A program made the translations under genes and the position numbers. The notes beneath the pieces are model-generated. The model did no database searches and was not told where the DNA came from. It saw nothing but the letters and a program-made list of their open reading frames with translations. 64,000 nucleotides of DNA from the human T2T-CHM13v2.0 reference genome, Homo sapiens: assembly GCF_009914755.1 (NCBI RefSeq), contig NC_060926.1; one strand, given 5' to 3'. Below, piece by piece: positions 28,531 to 44,850 of the stretch (position 1 is its first letter; each line of letters opens with the position of its first letter).

Positions 28531-28593
28531 CCCATCTGTATTGTCTTGTTTGTGCCCCTCAGACGGGAAACACCTAAAGAATGAAAAGTAGAG

Positions 28594-29020
28594 GGCTATG
28601 GTTTGAATATGTCCCCCAGAAGCTCATGTGTTGAAAAAACTTTGTCCCCACTGCAGCAGTGTTGATAGGTGGGACATTTGGGAGATGATTGGGTCATAAG
28701 GGCTCTGCCCTCATGAATGGAGTAATTCATTCATAGGTTGATAGATTAGTGGTCTATCTAGGGAGGGTGTTTATTATTAAAAAAATGGATCTGTTATAAA
28801 AATCAATTTGGCTGTTACTCGTAAGTCCACTTGCGATGTGATGCCCTGTGCTGCCTCTGGACTCTGCAGAGAGTCCCCGCCAGTAAGAAGCTTGTCACCA
28901 GATGCAGTCCAAACCCTTTACCTTGGATGTTCCAGCTTTGACAACTGTAAAAAATAACTTTTTTAATGTATTATCCAGTGTCAAGTATTCTTTTATAGCA
29001 ACAGAGAACAGACTAAGACA
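28594..29020 (+). mobile_element. MSTB/MSTC-like MaLR LTR
   Basis: gctatggtttgaatatgtcccc...gggctctgccctcatgaatgga...atagcaacagagaacagactaagaca. Confidence 0.85.
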
Positions 29021-29651
29021 TCAGAGTGAGTAAGTTTTGTTGCAAATACTTTAGAAAAAGTCTGAAACTCTGGGAGTTGCCAAAGACTTTTAGATTGGTT
29101 ATGGAAAGCAGGATGTTTGAAGTCAATAAGTTAATAGGAAGGAAGTGAGACTAGTTGCAGAAAAGGAATGGGTTTAATGAGAAGTGTGTAGTGATTTTTT
29201 TTTTTAACAACTGGTCAAGGACAAAAAGATGGAATTATATGTAGATTCTGTCTTTGTTTAGTAAAAATGTCTCAAGTGGCATAATCTAGTGACCCCCAAG
29301 AAAGTATCAATGGAAATACTGTAAAATTACATTTGTGTTACCTCCTTCAAAAGGTTATGTTAGCAAAATACCACTCCCTGGTGAAGACAGTCAATGTCTG
29401 GACAATGTGCATTTATAGTTGAGAAGAAAATGACTGCTTTCACTCCAGAATAGTGTTCTTGCACCCAATTTAGCAAGAAAGTCTACTACAGCCAGTCACT
29501 TGTGTTATGACCTGGGTAAAGTTCACCTCTCTCCCTGTCAGTTATGTTATCTTTAGATAAAAGATATGATAATAAAATTAGCTATGTATGGATTTACATA
29601 ATTTGGACACTATTAGTATTGAACCATGTCAACATTTCCTTTTTTTCTCAG

Positions 29652-29998
29652 TGTCTTAGCCTGTTTGAGCTGTTATAACAAAATACCACTGATTGAGTGG
29701 CTTACATACAACAGAAATGTACTTCTCACAGTTCTAGAGGCTGGGAATTCCAAGATTAAGGTGCCAATTTGGTGTCTGGTGAGAGCTTGCTTCCTCATAG
29801 TCAGACTTCTTCCCATATGGGGGAAGTGGGCAAAAGAACTCTCTAGCCCTCTTCTATAAGGGCACTAATCTGTTATGAGGGTGGAGTTCTCATGACCTAA
29901 TTACCTTCCAAAGTCCTCATCTCTGATACCATCACATTGGGGCTTAGAATTTCAACATATACTTTTTTTGGGGGAGGGCAAACATTCAGAACATTGCT
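29652..29998 (-). mobile_element. MLT1A/MSTD-like MaLR LTR
   Basis: tgtcttagcctgtttgagctgttataacaaaatacca...ctcacagttctagaggctgggaattccaagat...aaacattcagaacattgc. Confidence 0.85.
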
Positions 29999-31122
29999 CT
30001 TAGCTTACCTGTGGCATTTCTTACATGTTTACCCATACCCCAAGAATGTATAGAATCTTAAATATGTGCTGAGCCCTAAATATTTTAGGGCTAAATATTT
30101 ATGGCATGATATTTAGGGCATGAATATTTAGCCCTAAATATTTATGAAGACATGAAAATCATAAGGAAACCCTCAGATATCAGTCATTGCTGTGACTCAT
30201 AAAGTTCACGAAACAATGGGAAGCTTGCTCTTTTGGGAAGCTTAGAAATTCTTTTAATTCTCTTCAATAATAATTTTGATAGCTGTAATTCCCTTGCAAT
30301 GTCTTCTAGATTACTGAAGTTCTGAAGTTACAAAATTAATATTTACACTAGGGGGCGACATAACATTTCCTCTTCTTTTCAAAAAAACAGGCATAGTAAT
30401 CAACCATAGATTAATAACATTGTCAAATATACTTAGGACAATTTTATTAGTAAAGAGTCAGTTTAAATTTTGTTAGCCAGAAAGTCAATATAAGAAGGCA
30501 ACATAGGGGTGATGTGTTTGCTGTGTACTTTATTTGCATACTTCACCTAGTAATTATTTTTGGCCATTATCTATTTTAGTCACATGTGATACATGGATAA
30601 GATATTGCTGACATAGAGTTGATGACCAATTATATCTTCATTAGGTGTCACTCTTGGCTGTAAAAGTATCAGTCTTCCTATTGAAGCTGATGTTTTTAGG
30701 GTTTTTTAGTTTCTTAAACCTTTTATGATTCTTAATACCTAATTTGCTTTAATGTCATAGCTAATTAATCATTAAATTTGATTGAAATGTTCATGGAGTA
30801 CATTATTAACCAAAATAAAGGTCAACTGTGATGATAGTTACTTGCTGAAAGAATACCAAAAATATGAAATAATATGTGAAATTTTGAAAATTATTTCTTA
30901 TTTTCATGATTGCCATAAGTGATATTATATAAATAGAAAAAAATAGTTGAAAAATATCTGAGATCCAAATTTTCAAACTTTATTAAAATTTAATGGAATT
31001 TTCTTCATAGCAATTAGTATTATATTTCTAGGGAAATAGTACAGATTGTTTAAAATTATACAAACTTTTCTATTTGTATTACCAATCACTGGGAAATTAT
31101 TGGTTCAACATGAAAGATGTAA

Positions 31123-31384
<262 letters not shown>

Positions 31385-32371
31385 GATGTGATTTTTATGG
31401 ATGAGGACTTAAAGTAGTTGATGTTATGATACATACTGTTACTCAAAAACACACAAAGCTTTTTCACAGGTAGACTGATAGTAATAGAATTTCAGATGGA
31501 GTTTATTACTTATTGCTGTCCTGAAGAGCCACATTGAAGACAATCTATTTCCATATTATTCCACAGTAAAGGGTTAATTAAGTAAATAATAATAATAAAT
31601 CAAAACACACAGATCTTTGTGCAACAGCTAGCATTATATAAGCTAAATTTGATAAAGTAAGAAACATTTGGAGACTGAGGATGTTGTTTCCTTATGTGAT
31701 ACCACAATTTAACTCACATATGATGTTGTATGAACAATTATTTGCCTTTCAGGCATCCAACATGCCAACTATTTTGACACATTAGCAAGGTGCGGATATA
31801 ATTCTATGAAGTATAGAAACTGTGTAGAGTATGAGACACTCTCCTCTTTTCTCTTAGAACCCTTCATAAAATAAGGGCAATATCTATTCACAGGTTCAAG
31901 GCAAAACAGACATGCACATGTGGAACAAAATCATTCATATTCTCTCTCTTTCTCGCTCTCTGCCCCACTTCCTGTCACTCACTCTCTTGCTCTCGCTGTC
32001 TCACTACACACCATGGTAGTAGAGGGTGCTGTTATTTCAGTTTCAGCCTGTCTGAATGTTTGTTTCTCCTGAAGTCCACAGAATTCTACTAGCATCTTTA
32101 GCCATGGCCAGAAATGTAAACAATAATTCATTTGAAAAGGAAGAACTTTCTGGCCGACCAATATAATACCAGAGGTCTGAAAATCATGTTAGTAAGATTT
32201 GGCAAAACCTGAAGTAACTCAGTGGTCAAAGTTCCACTGGATGGACAATCCTACAAATTAAAAATTAATAAAAAGAAAGAGATGGGGGTAAGGGGAAAGA
32301 GAAATTAATTAATTCTTCTAAGGCAGTAAGAAGCTAATATAAGCTAACATAGCTGATATAAGAAGAATTGG

Positions 32372-34063
<1,692 letters not shown>

Positions 34064-34072
34064 AAGAATAAT

Positions 34073-34198
34073 TGGGTGATGGCACATCCAGGTTTGCCAA
34101 AGACAGTCCCAGTTTATGCTGTTGTCCTGGCATTATTAATAATGACACTGCCTTTAACTCTCACAATTAATTTGGATGATAACTTATATGGTAACTCT
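34073..34198. mobile_element. MER94-like hAT-Blackjack MITE
   Basis: gggtga...ccaggtttgccaaagacagtcccagtttatgctgttgtcctggcattattaat...tttggatgataacttatatggtaactct matches the remembered MER94 consensus with AGGGTGACCATAT-type TIRs. Confidence 0.75.
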
Positions 34199-34924
34199 GC
34201 TAAATAAAAAAAATAAAAATTACCATAGTAACAGGAACCTACTTGAAATGATGCCTCTGTTTCTATTCTGGCTTGAATTCTGCATTCTTTGAGGATTTGT
34301 AGCCTCATGACAGAATCCTATCTACAGGTGATGTATTTCATATGATTTTTGGCTATTTTTTTAACAATCTCAAGCCCAATAATAGGCAGTGATATAAGGA
34401 ATGTAGTTACTTTCTCCCCACTTTCTGGCAAGTTAAGTTTAGCCACCTGATACAAGAAGGGACATTCAGAGGTAGGATGGCACAAAGACACAGGGTCCAC
34501 TGGAGATCACTGGAAGCAGCTGCAGCAGGGTTAAGAGAAGGGAGTCCCAGCGAGTCTTCAGTCACCACACACTAACATCATCAGTGAAAAGTTCCTGGGC
34601 CTGAAGATCCAGCTATGTTGTTTCTAGTTGACTATTTTAAGTGACAGAACTTGGCCCAAGCATTGACCATTTTGGTTCCTCAATAAGCCTGATTCAACAG
34701 GGTCACCTTTGAATCTGTCCTCCACCTTTCCAATAAACCTATTTTATGCATCATTCAGTGAGTTATTTATTTATTTACTTTTTTGCTGAGAAACATGACT
34801 AGATTTAGGAAAAATGTAGAATTTTACTTTTTTTTCAATATTTTCTGGGTTTTCCAGAGTTTTCACGTGTTTCACACCTTCCTTTGCTTCCCACCATTCC
34901 CCTTTCTATTTGGAACTAGAGAGA

Positions 34925-35020
34925 CATGAGTTTGAATTCTAGCTGTGTAACCTGAGTCAGTTATTTAACCTCTTTTTGTTTCTGTTTCTTTGTCTGTAAA
35001 TAGCAAAAACTACAATTAAC
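34925..35020 (+). mobile_element. MIR fragment
   Basis: tagctgtgtaacctgagtcagttatttaacctct...tctgtttctttgtctgtaaa (MIR core). Confidence 0.65.
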
Positions 35021-35424
35021 TTTAGTCCCTGCTGTACACCAAATGTTATCTTGAAATATTATACATATTATATGTAATTACTACTGAAATGCTCTAAGAT
35101 GCCTATGTGTGAATGGCATTGTTGTAAAGATTAAATAATATAAGGGAAGTGTCTGCTTCAGTGTCTGGCATATAATAAAAGCTATTATTTTTACGATTAT
35201 TTCCATCTTATAGAAGAATTATCGTTCTTCCCTTCCAAAGCTAATAAATGGACATGTGTTTATCAGACAGAACGTAAGAGCTGCCAAATAAATAGGGAAT
35301 AGGTGCTTTCGGGAGTCTAGGGAAATAAAGGTCAGGGAATTGTTCATAAAATTTAGTACCCATAAATAGCCTATAAGTAGATTCCCTAGTTTATTCTATG
35401 CAGGAAAATAAAGTTCTACGGAGC

Positions 35425-35600
35425 ACAGATTCCAAAACTAATTGGTCATAAATATCACCTGAAAGTTTAGAAAATGTAGCATCATGGACCTCTTTTCATA
35501 GGTTCTAAATCTTAATATCTGTGGGATGGTGCAGGAATCTAGCTTTGCTAAGTGCCCTCAGATGACTCTTGCTGTTCTAGGCTAAAATACATGTGGTTTG
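35425..35600. mobile_element. MER5-family MITE
   Basis: atatcacctgaaagtttagaaaatg...tctgtgggatggtgcaggaatctagctttgctaagtgccctcagatgactct. Confidence 0.55.
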
Positions 35601-36499
35601 GCTTCAATGGACATGTTCCTGAAGAATGTTTGGATGTCACACATTCATATTTAGTATGAGAGATGAGGTCCTCCTCTCATCATTTTCTTAGGTTCTCTTC
35701 TCTCCACTCCTTACCCTCCCATCACTTACAATAAATCTTTTAGAAAATTAGCTATACATTTGTTTCATTATAAAAAAGAAAGAAGATAAATTAAAAAAAC
35801 TTGAAAAAACTGTAGTTATAGTTAAAGGACATAATTTTAAAATTTAATAGAATCTAACATCTACAGAATGGGTGGAAATGTAAGACTATTTTGTAAGCAC
35901 AATAAATCTAGTTCTAGGTTAAGCTTCATGAGAAAATTTAGTTAACTTGGCCAATTTCCTTTTCAAAGATGCTTTAATGTCTTAGTTTATGTAGAAATTA
36001 GGTATAATAATGCATTCATAGTATTCAATAATTTACAATGTATGCTGTTTTTTAAAACCATTGTGTTGAATAACAAAGCAAATGATTGAGACAATAAATT
36101 TGTTTAAACATCATGTAATTTGAAAAATAAAAAGACATAAAAGTAAACAGCTTTATGAATAGCAGAACAAATGCAAGGTGTTTTTACAAAAAATTATATC
36201 GAAGATTTAACAATTGAGAGCTTGGATTTATAAATAAAATAACTTTTACCAATTATTTTATTTTAAAATATGGTATAGGTACTCTTAAGTCATTTCTGGA
36301 TATATGGAACTTTCATCACTGTTTAGAATTTTTACTTATATTGTGATTATGATGCCTTAGGAATCAATTCTACATTAATAATTTTGTGGTTAAGTCAATT
36401 ATTTAATACAGTTTTATAAATATTCTAAACACCTTTGATTAATCTTCTCTAAATCATATTTTCAAATCATTAAAATAAATCAACAAACTTTAAATTAAT

Positions 36500-36660
36500 T
36501 TCTCACATATTGAGCACTTATTCTTTGTTAGGTCCATTGATAAAAATTTACATAAAATATGTCAAACATTGCAGCAACTATTTAATTTGATATTATTATA
36601 ATTGCCATTTTAAAAATGAGAAAACTTAGTGTTTAGAGGTTACATCTTATCCAAGGTCAT
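36500..36660 (-). mobile_element. MIR fragment
   Basis: tattgagcacttatt...tattattatattgccattttaaaaatgagaaaact...ttatccaaggtcat. Confidence 0.6.
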
Positions 36661-37202
36661 CTATGTTGTCTTTAATTTATACATGTCTTGTGGACACTAG
36701 AGTATGGACAAGAATACTAAGACTTTAACATATGTATATTTATATTTATTCCATTGTGTTTAGTTTATCTCACAAGTAATGAATAATATGCATTCTCATA
36801 TCCTAGAAAATATGGCTATGCCCAGTTATTGAGATTAGAATTAGGAAACACGTTTATAAATCATTCAATATTGCCTCCAAATATCATGGTTTAATTTGCA
36901 AAAATAATTTGCTCTTTCATTTCTTTGTTTTTCTATTTTTGGTATAAACATCTGGATACTTAATTAAAATTGGCATTATTGCCTATTTATTAACTTACCA
37001 AAAAAGTTTTCAGCAAAGACATTTTCAGGTTTGTTTTTCACCTTATTACAGGTAATTGAACAGAAGCTAGTCAATTAGATTATATACGCACGAAGTAGCA
37101 TGTTTAATGTACATTATATATTGCACCAAGATAGGAAAAAAAGATTATTTAATAAAAGATATGATTTTGGTAAAATTCAGGTGTTAAAATATTTTTCTAA
37201 TA

Positions 37203-37320
37203 CAGTTAGGTCTCCATATCCATAGGTTTCACAGGGCCTACCATGGAACGTTAGCATCCTCGGATTTTGGTATCGCTGGGATTCCTGGAACCAAACCCCC
37301 TGTAAACCTAGGGACGACTG
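37203..37320. mobile_element. Short MER2-related Tigger MITE with TA target duplication
   Basis: ta|cagttaggtctccatatcc...ggattttggtatc...cctggaaccaaacccc...gggacgactg|ta. Confidence 0.7.
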
Positions 37321-40300
37321 TATCAATTCATGTTGCAATTTTCTCCCAGCTTTTAAAAATTCCTAGTTCTGAAACCTTCTATATACTATTAAGATTAATA
37401 AAACTTCTCACATTAAATAAAGAATTATTTGCAGGCTGTTTATACCTGGAAGTGCACCACCATTTTCTGGAATATATTATTGTTTCTTCCATTTAAAGGA
37501 ATAAGATAAGCAAAGCTGCCCATTTTCTAATCACTGGGCTTTGCAGTACACGTTTATAGAGATTGGTTTTCAGCTAAGACAGTTTATAATGTGTAAGTTA
37601 TGCTTCCATCTTTTCAGAAACTAATTTCAGGGAGAGTATAAGAAGATAAAAAGATCGGGGGCCTTTTAATATATTTTTTGGTAAGATGCGGATGCATCTA
37701 AACTTATTTTCTACTAATTGCTGGCTTTGCTGCAGGGAATGGGAGGGAGCAGGGAGGAGAAAAACACCTTGTGATGTGTGAACAAAAAGTAATCAGCAAG
37801 GAGCCTGTGAGCAGACATTTGGTGTGATTTGTAAAGAGGTTTCTTATTCTTTCGGTCTTCATTAATTTGTTCCAACACCAAATTTACGTGTAAAGATATA
37901 TAGTGATAAATATTATATAGATTTATGCATGTATTTATGCATATATAATCTGATCAAGATAACAACTATAATGTAGTTAGAAGCTTTTATTTAAAAATAG
38001 AAGACATATTTTTGTGTGTTTTTTTAAGGTTACTGTATAGTCTAGACTGCTTCAAGTTATATGAATAGAATTGGATCATTTTAAGGGTATTTATGTTGAG
38101 AAAATATTGTACTGACTTTTGAAGTGGAGAAGAAAGGAAGTCAACATTATTAATGGCAATAAAGGAAGCTAGAAACAATTACTGTAAGGCTAAGAATAAA
38201 ATTAATGATATCCTTCAAATGGATGCTTGCAAGTTAATATCATGCCTCTATATCACATTTCTTCTAAGTTAGTATTTTTATGTAAATATGTTTATAATAA
38301 AAAACATGATTTTAAAGCAGGTGGGTACAGTTATTACCTCCATTTTATGGATGAAAAACTCTAAGTATCTAGCCAGAAGTTATACATGCTTATGAGTGGT
38401 TCAGACTAATTTTGACTTAGGTTGTGATCTCATCACAACCACAATAAATTATCGTTATTTATAACAATTCTTATAATAATGATAGACTATAAACATATTT
38501 TACAAAGAAGAATAAATACAGCAGAGAAGTCAGTTAATTATATAATTCAAACTAAATAAATTATTTGCAAAAATGTGTTTCACATTATACCCTTAAAAAC
38601 AATTTATGATTAAATCTATAGGTAACAAAATACATCCAATTGTAAATCAAATATACATTTCTCAAAATAAGTGTGTGAGCATCCCTAGGGAAGTATATTT
38701 TGTAGGTTCTTAACTATTTTATATCACAAAATTATATATGATATCAGATTATGAATAATATGATAAACACTTATTTCACTGATTTAAAAATATAAACTAT
38801 TAAAGAAAGTTTGTATGGAAATATTTGAAAAACATAAAGTAATCACACTTAATGATAGGTTATTGAGCTCTAGCTTATAAATATCTCTGATCTGTTTTGT
38901 TTGCCAAATATTGCGTTATAATTCTTTAACATTCCTTCATGCAAATCAAAAGAAACAAATAGTGTGACAAAGATTCCTACAAATGAGTTAAAATATATTG
39001 CTTAATTTTCTGCTAAAAAAATTGCTAGTTCTGCAAATCAGTTCATAAAAGGAAGAATTGTCTAAGCAATACTTTTCACCAAGAGGAAGACTATCTGTGA
39101 AAATAAAGTTGTGTTTTTGACATTAGATTGGAATCTAAGTGATTTGATTTTTATTTTAGCAACTATGCCTCATTAAAAATTGGCAAAACGAACTCATCTA
39201 TTTATTCATCAGATTGAATTAAACAGGGTAGTAACAGGATATGATGATTCTCCCTTTATGAAACCTCTGGTAATTTCTTAGTCATCAGGGTATGGAATCA
39301 CACATATTATTTTTGCTTGAGCCTGTTGAAAGTCATTTTCAAGGACAGTATAATATTACAATAAGTGGAAAAACAAAGGAAGAGAGAATTTCATATGGAA
39401 GGCAAAAAATTGTAAGTGAAATAGATGTAATAAGCATTCTGTAGAGAAGTGTCACAATTATTGGTAGTATAAAATGTGTAGTAATTACTTGATTGATTTC
39501 ATTAGTTGTAAACTTAAACATCCTATCGATATTTTTATAATTTTAGTATACAAGGAATGGTATCATAAATGGTAGTAAATGTTTAATAAGAAGATAGCTG
39601 CAATTTATTTCACAATTATTTGGATTTTTAATAGCATTTATTTTTCTGTATCTTTAATTTCCTATAATAAGAATAATTAATAGATGATAACTAGATAATG
39701 ACAGAAGCAGACAGAAATAACAGACGAACATAAACAAACATTCAAGTCTGTCAGTTTTGGAATTTCAGAAGGCTAGAAAAAAATGTATGTACGTATATAA
39801 AATACTCAAAATTTTCACATATTATCTCATACATTTTTAGTTCTATTTTCAAAATATAGAATCATTTAGAAAAATAACTTTCCAGATGAAATATATTTCT
39901 TTTTTTAACAACACTGGTAGATAATTTTTAAATCATTGGGATAAAACTTAGAAATTGTAACAAATATCAAGTAAGATACACTATACATTTGCATGTTGAT
40001 CCCAGCAACAAATTATTTCCCATTACCAGCACTTGTATTAATAATTATGTATGTGCATGTATTTGTATATAGCTATATATCCATGTATCCATATTTCTAG
40101 ATGGACAATCCGACATAAATGGCTTCAGAATTTGTGGATTTAATTTCTGCCGTATTGTTCCTGGATAATTACACTATGCTACTAGAGAAAGTATGTGTCT
40201 GCATTGGTGTGTACATATTCATTTATTTCTATATTTCTGTAACAAATGTCTATTGATTGCCTCTATGTAGCTGATACTCTACTAGGAGTACTAATACAAT

Positions 40301-42879
40301 GTCCTTTTTTTATAGATTGTACTGTTTAGTGCAGTGGTCTCCAAAGTAGGATGCATGTACCCCAAAAAAGTGTGTAGTATAATTTACTGGCAGCAAGTAG
40401 AAATATTTTTAAAAATTATCTGGATATTTGTGATTATCTTATTTAAAAATATTTCTATAACATTTTATAATGTATAGAAATGCTTGTACCTATTTTCTTA
40501 ATTTGAAGGCCTTCTTAATAGCATTATGCTATCAAACAAATCCAGAGATTTGATTGGCATATGAGAAAAGAATTGACTGCAATCTGCAATGAAAACATCT
40601 TATGGCCAAAGACAATAATTTTGAAATATGGCCTGAGTTTGGTTTTTGATGTGAAATTTTGAAACATCTCAATTAGTCATTAATTTGACTGTTCTGTATA
40701 CATTTCCAGGCATTTTATTTGTATTTTATCCTAACGGAACGCTATTTGGAAAGTACTCTGATTATATCTTACTTGTGTCATTCAAATTCAGGCAATCTGT
40801 CTTCAGAGCCAGAGCTTATATTCACTATGCTAGTATATCTCTCACACGTCAAGTTCATTGAAAGGGTACAATGATAACTGTAGATCAGGAAATAAGTATG
40901 ATATTAATAACTGTAATCCATTTTTCATTATTTGCATCTTTATATTGTGTCATGAAATAGGAAGTATTTCAATTCCTCTAAAGTATACCTTTCTCCACAG
41001 TGTGAATTTATGGTTTTTCGATTGCTTTCTTTAAATGTTTGAATTGTAATCAAAGATTGAGTCAAATTTGAACTTACAATGTTCTGATCACCCAAGACCT
41101 GGGAAAATGGAGCTTATTGAGATAAATTTCTTGCACCAAAAGGAGCCTTGATTTTGCATTAGATATTAATATAATATTTTACATTATATGTACTGCTGAG
41201 TGAAAAAATTGCCTACCACCTTCAATAGACTTTCATTCTATTGAAACCAATTTATGCCATATATATACACTTTGGAGTGTATGTATCAGCTTTTTGTCGA
41301 TTTCAATAATACTGACATCTTATTAGTTTTTAAGTTGCTTTCAGAAAACACTATGATGTTAAATGTATAAAAACAATACAACAACATTGAAAAAGACTTC
41401 ATTGATTTGTATAAGATGTGTGTATGCACGAGTAAATTATCTAGGAGAATAATTTAAGTAAATTAGCCTGAAAACAAACTGAGGAAAGGAAAGAACTTAG
41501 AACCGGAATACATATTCTGCAGAAAATTTTCAGTGCCTATAAGTGTACTTGAAAATAGCATTTGAAGAAGAGGTGCCCACACAACAAAGATATGATATTG
41601 CACTGAAAAATCAGAACTTAGAACAATCTATCCCTTGTATCAACATCAGTACTACACAAATGAGAAGCTACATGCTATTAGGTGGACAAGAAAGGCATTC
41701 CCTTTATTTGCTGGAAAAATTAGCAGTGGGTTATATGAGCAACAATTACTTTGTAGACTATTCTTTATTGTAGTCATAGAAGAGGTAACTAAAAATGTCT
41801 GAATATTATCAGCCGTTCCTTAATTGAAATCTGCAATAATAGTAAGTACAACATGTTTTATCCTCAAAATTCATAAGAAAATAATAAAGTTAATATGCAT
41901 AAAATACTACAAAATAAAATACTGGGAAGTAATGGGATATTAGAAATAAATTTACTAAAAAATAAAATCCTGACATGAAATTAAAAAAATTCATTTTAAT
42001 GCTTGCATGAAGTAAAAAACAAACTCTCAAATATAAAATAAGCACAAATATTCTCTATCTTTTCATATTTAGAATGATAATTAATAGGATTTGTAAAATA
42101 TCCAGAAATTATTGAAGATTTTTCAAGTATTTTTGTGTCACTGTACTAAATGTATGTAAATTAAGGGTGGGTCACATTTTTCATATATTTTTACTATGTT
42201 AATGGTTCCAAGAAACATTTGTTTTATTGACTTTTGGGTACTGCTTAAGATCAAATTAATGATGTTCAAAGCCATGCCTAGCTTTAATAAGTGACACATG
42301 TTGAATATCACAAAAGTACACATTTGCAGAAGATGACATCCAAACCCAGCACTTGACCCAGATAATGTTACTGCATTGGAGCATGATTGCCATTGCACTG
42401 ACCACAATCTTTAAAAAAGAGCCACATTAACAAACACACACTCAGGTGTGCACGCACATACACAACTTCCCCACATGCAATATATGGCAAATGTCACAGC
42501 AAAACTATTAATGAAGTTCGTTTGATTGCTAGATTAAGCACAAATCATCCTTACTCAGATTATAACATTCCACCAGGCCTCAAAACTTAAATAAATCATC
42601 TGATTTTAAGAGGAAAGCATAATTCAAGATATTTCTGGAATAATATCGAGAAATCAGTATGCTTATTTAAACAATTAGTCAGGGGGACTAAAAATTCTTA
42701 GGTATGTCTGGCTTTTCCAAAAGTTGCACAAGCATGTCAGAATTCCTCATAATTGATTGACAAGGATAGTTAAAATAGTGCTGGCCCATTAATACATTTG
42801 CAGTTACCAGTAGATTAAAGGAGTGTTGGCTCCATTTTTATTCAGATATTCTTTCATGTAATGTTGATAAAAAATACTA

Positions 42880-42984
42880 TGAGAATGGTGATACAACTAT
42901 GTGTATGTACTTAATGCCAATGAGTTATACACTTAAAATGGTAAAAATGGTAAATTTTATGCTATATTTTACCACAATAAAAAA
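42880..42984 (+). mobile_element. L1M 3'-end fragment
   Basis: atgtacttaatgccaatgagttatacacttaaaatggtaaaaatggtaaattttatgctatattttaccacaataaaaaa. Confidence 0.75.
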
Positions 42985-44542
42985 GCCTAAAAATACTATA
43001 AGACATCTACAAGCTAGCTGTAAATATAAATGCTTGGAGACTTCTGTGAAAGTCTTTCATCTCACTTTGATAAAAATATAATTTTAAGTATCTGAATTCC
43101 AATACTCCCATGTTTATGCACATGCATGTCTGCATGTGAGGGATGTGGTAAGTTCTATATTACATTTTTCAGAGCACTAGCAATGATTCTATAAAAGACT
43201 GAGCATATGTGCCAAGTTGGATCACTTACAAACTGGAGAAGACACACATTTTTATAAATTTTTGAATTATTCATAACAGAGGTTCCAGGTTGTAACTAAA
43301 AAATGGGGCTCCATTTGTAGTATTCTAAATTCTACACTACTATAGTAGATATCCCTCCTTCTATGAGGGTCAACTATACCTTTTTCTGATTAAACTAAAC
43401 ACTTATTTCCAATTTGTTTTGATTATGCAACATTCTTGGTGAAAAGCTGGTTGTCATTCAGAATTGATTTCTGTATAGTTTTGAATTTATAACCATGAAG
43501 AATAGCAGCTGATTAAATTAATGAGTAACACTGCATTACAGAGTAAATTTGAAAATATATCACTTTGTTGAATGGGAGTGGGTGAGTGGCATGCAAACTG
43601 CTTCTGCGTATTGAGTTCCAGTATTATATTACTTACAGCAGTAAGTGATTGTTCCGTTTGTGATGGGAATGTTCTGTTGCTTCTGATCATTAAAATAAGC
43701 AGGATACTTTGATTATACCTACAAGGTACTCTTGGTATCACCAAAACAATTTAATCTTTCAGAATTATGTCTAAAATTTTTAATTCAAGAGCACCCAAAT
43801 GAAAATGTCAAGAATCAGGTTGGCAGAAGTGGGAGGACAAAAATAATAATAAATGTGGGTTTTTCCCCTCTAGTAGATATCAATTTCAGTAATGCAGCAT
43901 GTGACAGATATAATTTTAAATGTTATGTCAAAATTATAAATATGACAAAAATTATAAAATAGCCATCAGTTTATACACTATCATTAAGCATTTTATTATT
44001 GCTTTCTTATTTTTTCTCACAAAGTCATAAATTAGATTCCTTGGAAAATTAGTTAACTTGAATGTTTAACATTATTATATAAGTATAATTTTATGTCTAG
44101 ATAGATAAAGAGTAGGTAGGATCTGGATCTATGTTTTCAGTGTAATCTAGATAAATGACTTAGTATATGTTTCATTACATAAAGATGAATACAGTATAAA
44201 TAAAATTGCTATTTATAATGAACAACAGAATATATGTGGACAGATGGAGAAATAAATAAGTAGATAAAAGGCACGATTTAAGATGAATATATTTTCATAA
44301 ATCTTGTTTGAGGCTATTTTACCTTTTATAGTATAAAGCAGAGTGGGATGGATTATTTTATAGTAACAGTTTATAAATTAATAGTACTCTTTCACTAACT
44401 TATTTTGAGTAATATTATTAGTGTTTTACCATTTAAATTCTTCCTAGAGATTAATTTAAATAGATGTTTTGAACACAATTTACTATACTTGAAATTTTAT
44501 ACAGCTAAACACCAACAGATAACCTAACTTTGAGGATTTCTT

Positions 44543-44850
<308 letters not shown>

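Noticed and set aside
34064-35800. Possible L1 3' transduction ending at the A-rich tract near 35770-35800
   Set aside because: The matching TSD lies directly after the L1 tail at 34064-34078, and no TSD copy follows the downstream A-rich tract.
41543-41773. 76-aa ORF with protein-like composition
   Set aside because: Non-ATG start, no homology I can recognise, no convincing splice signals; it cannot be supported as an exon or pseudogene without a search.
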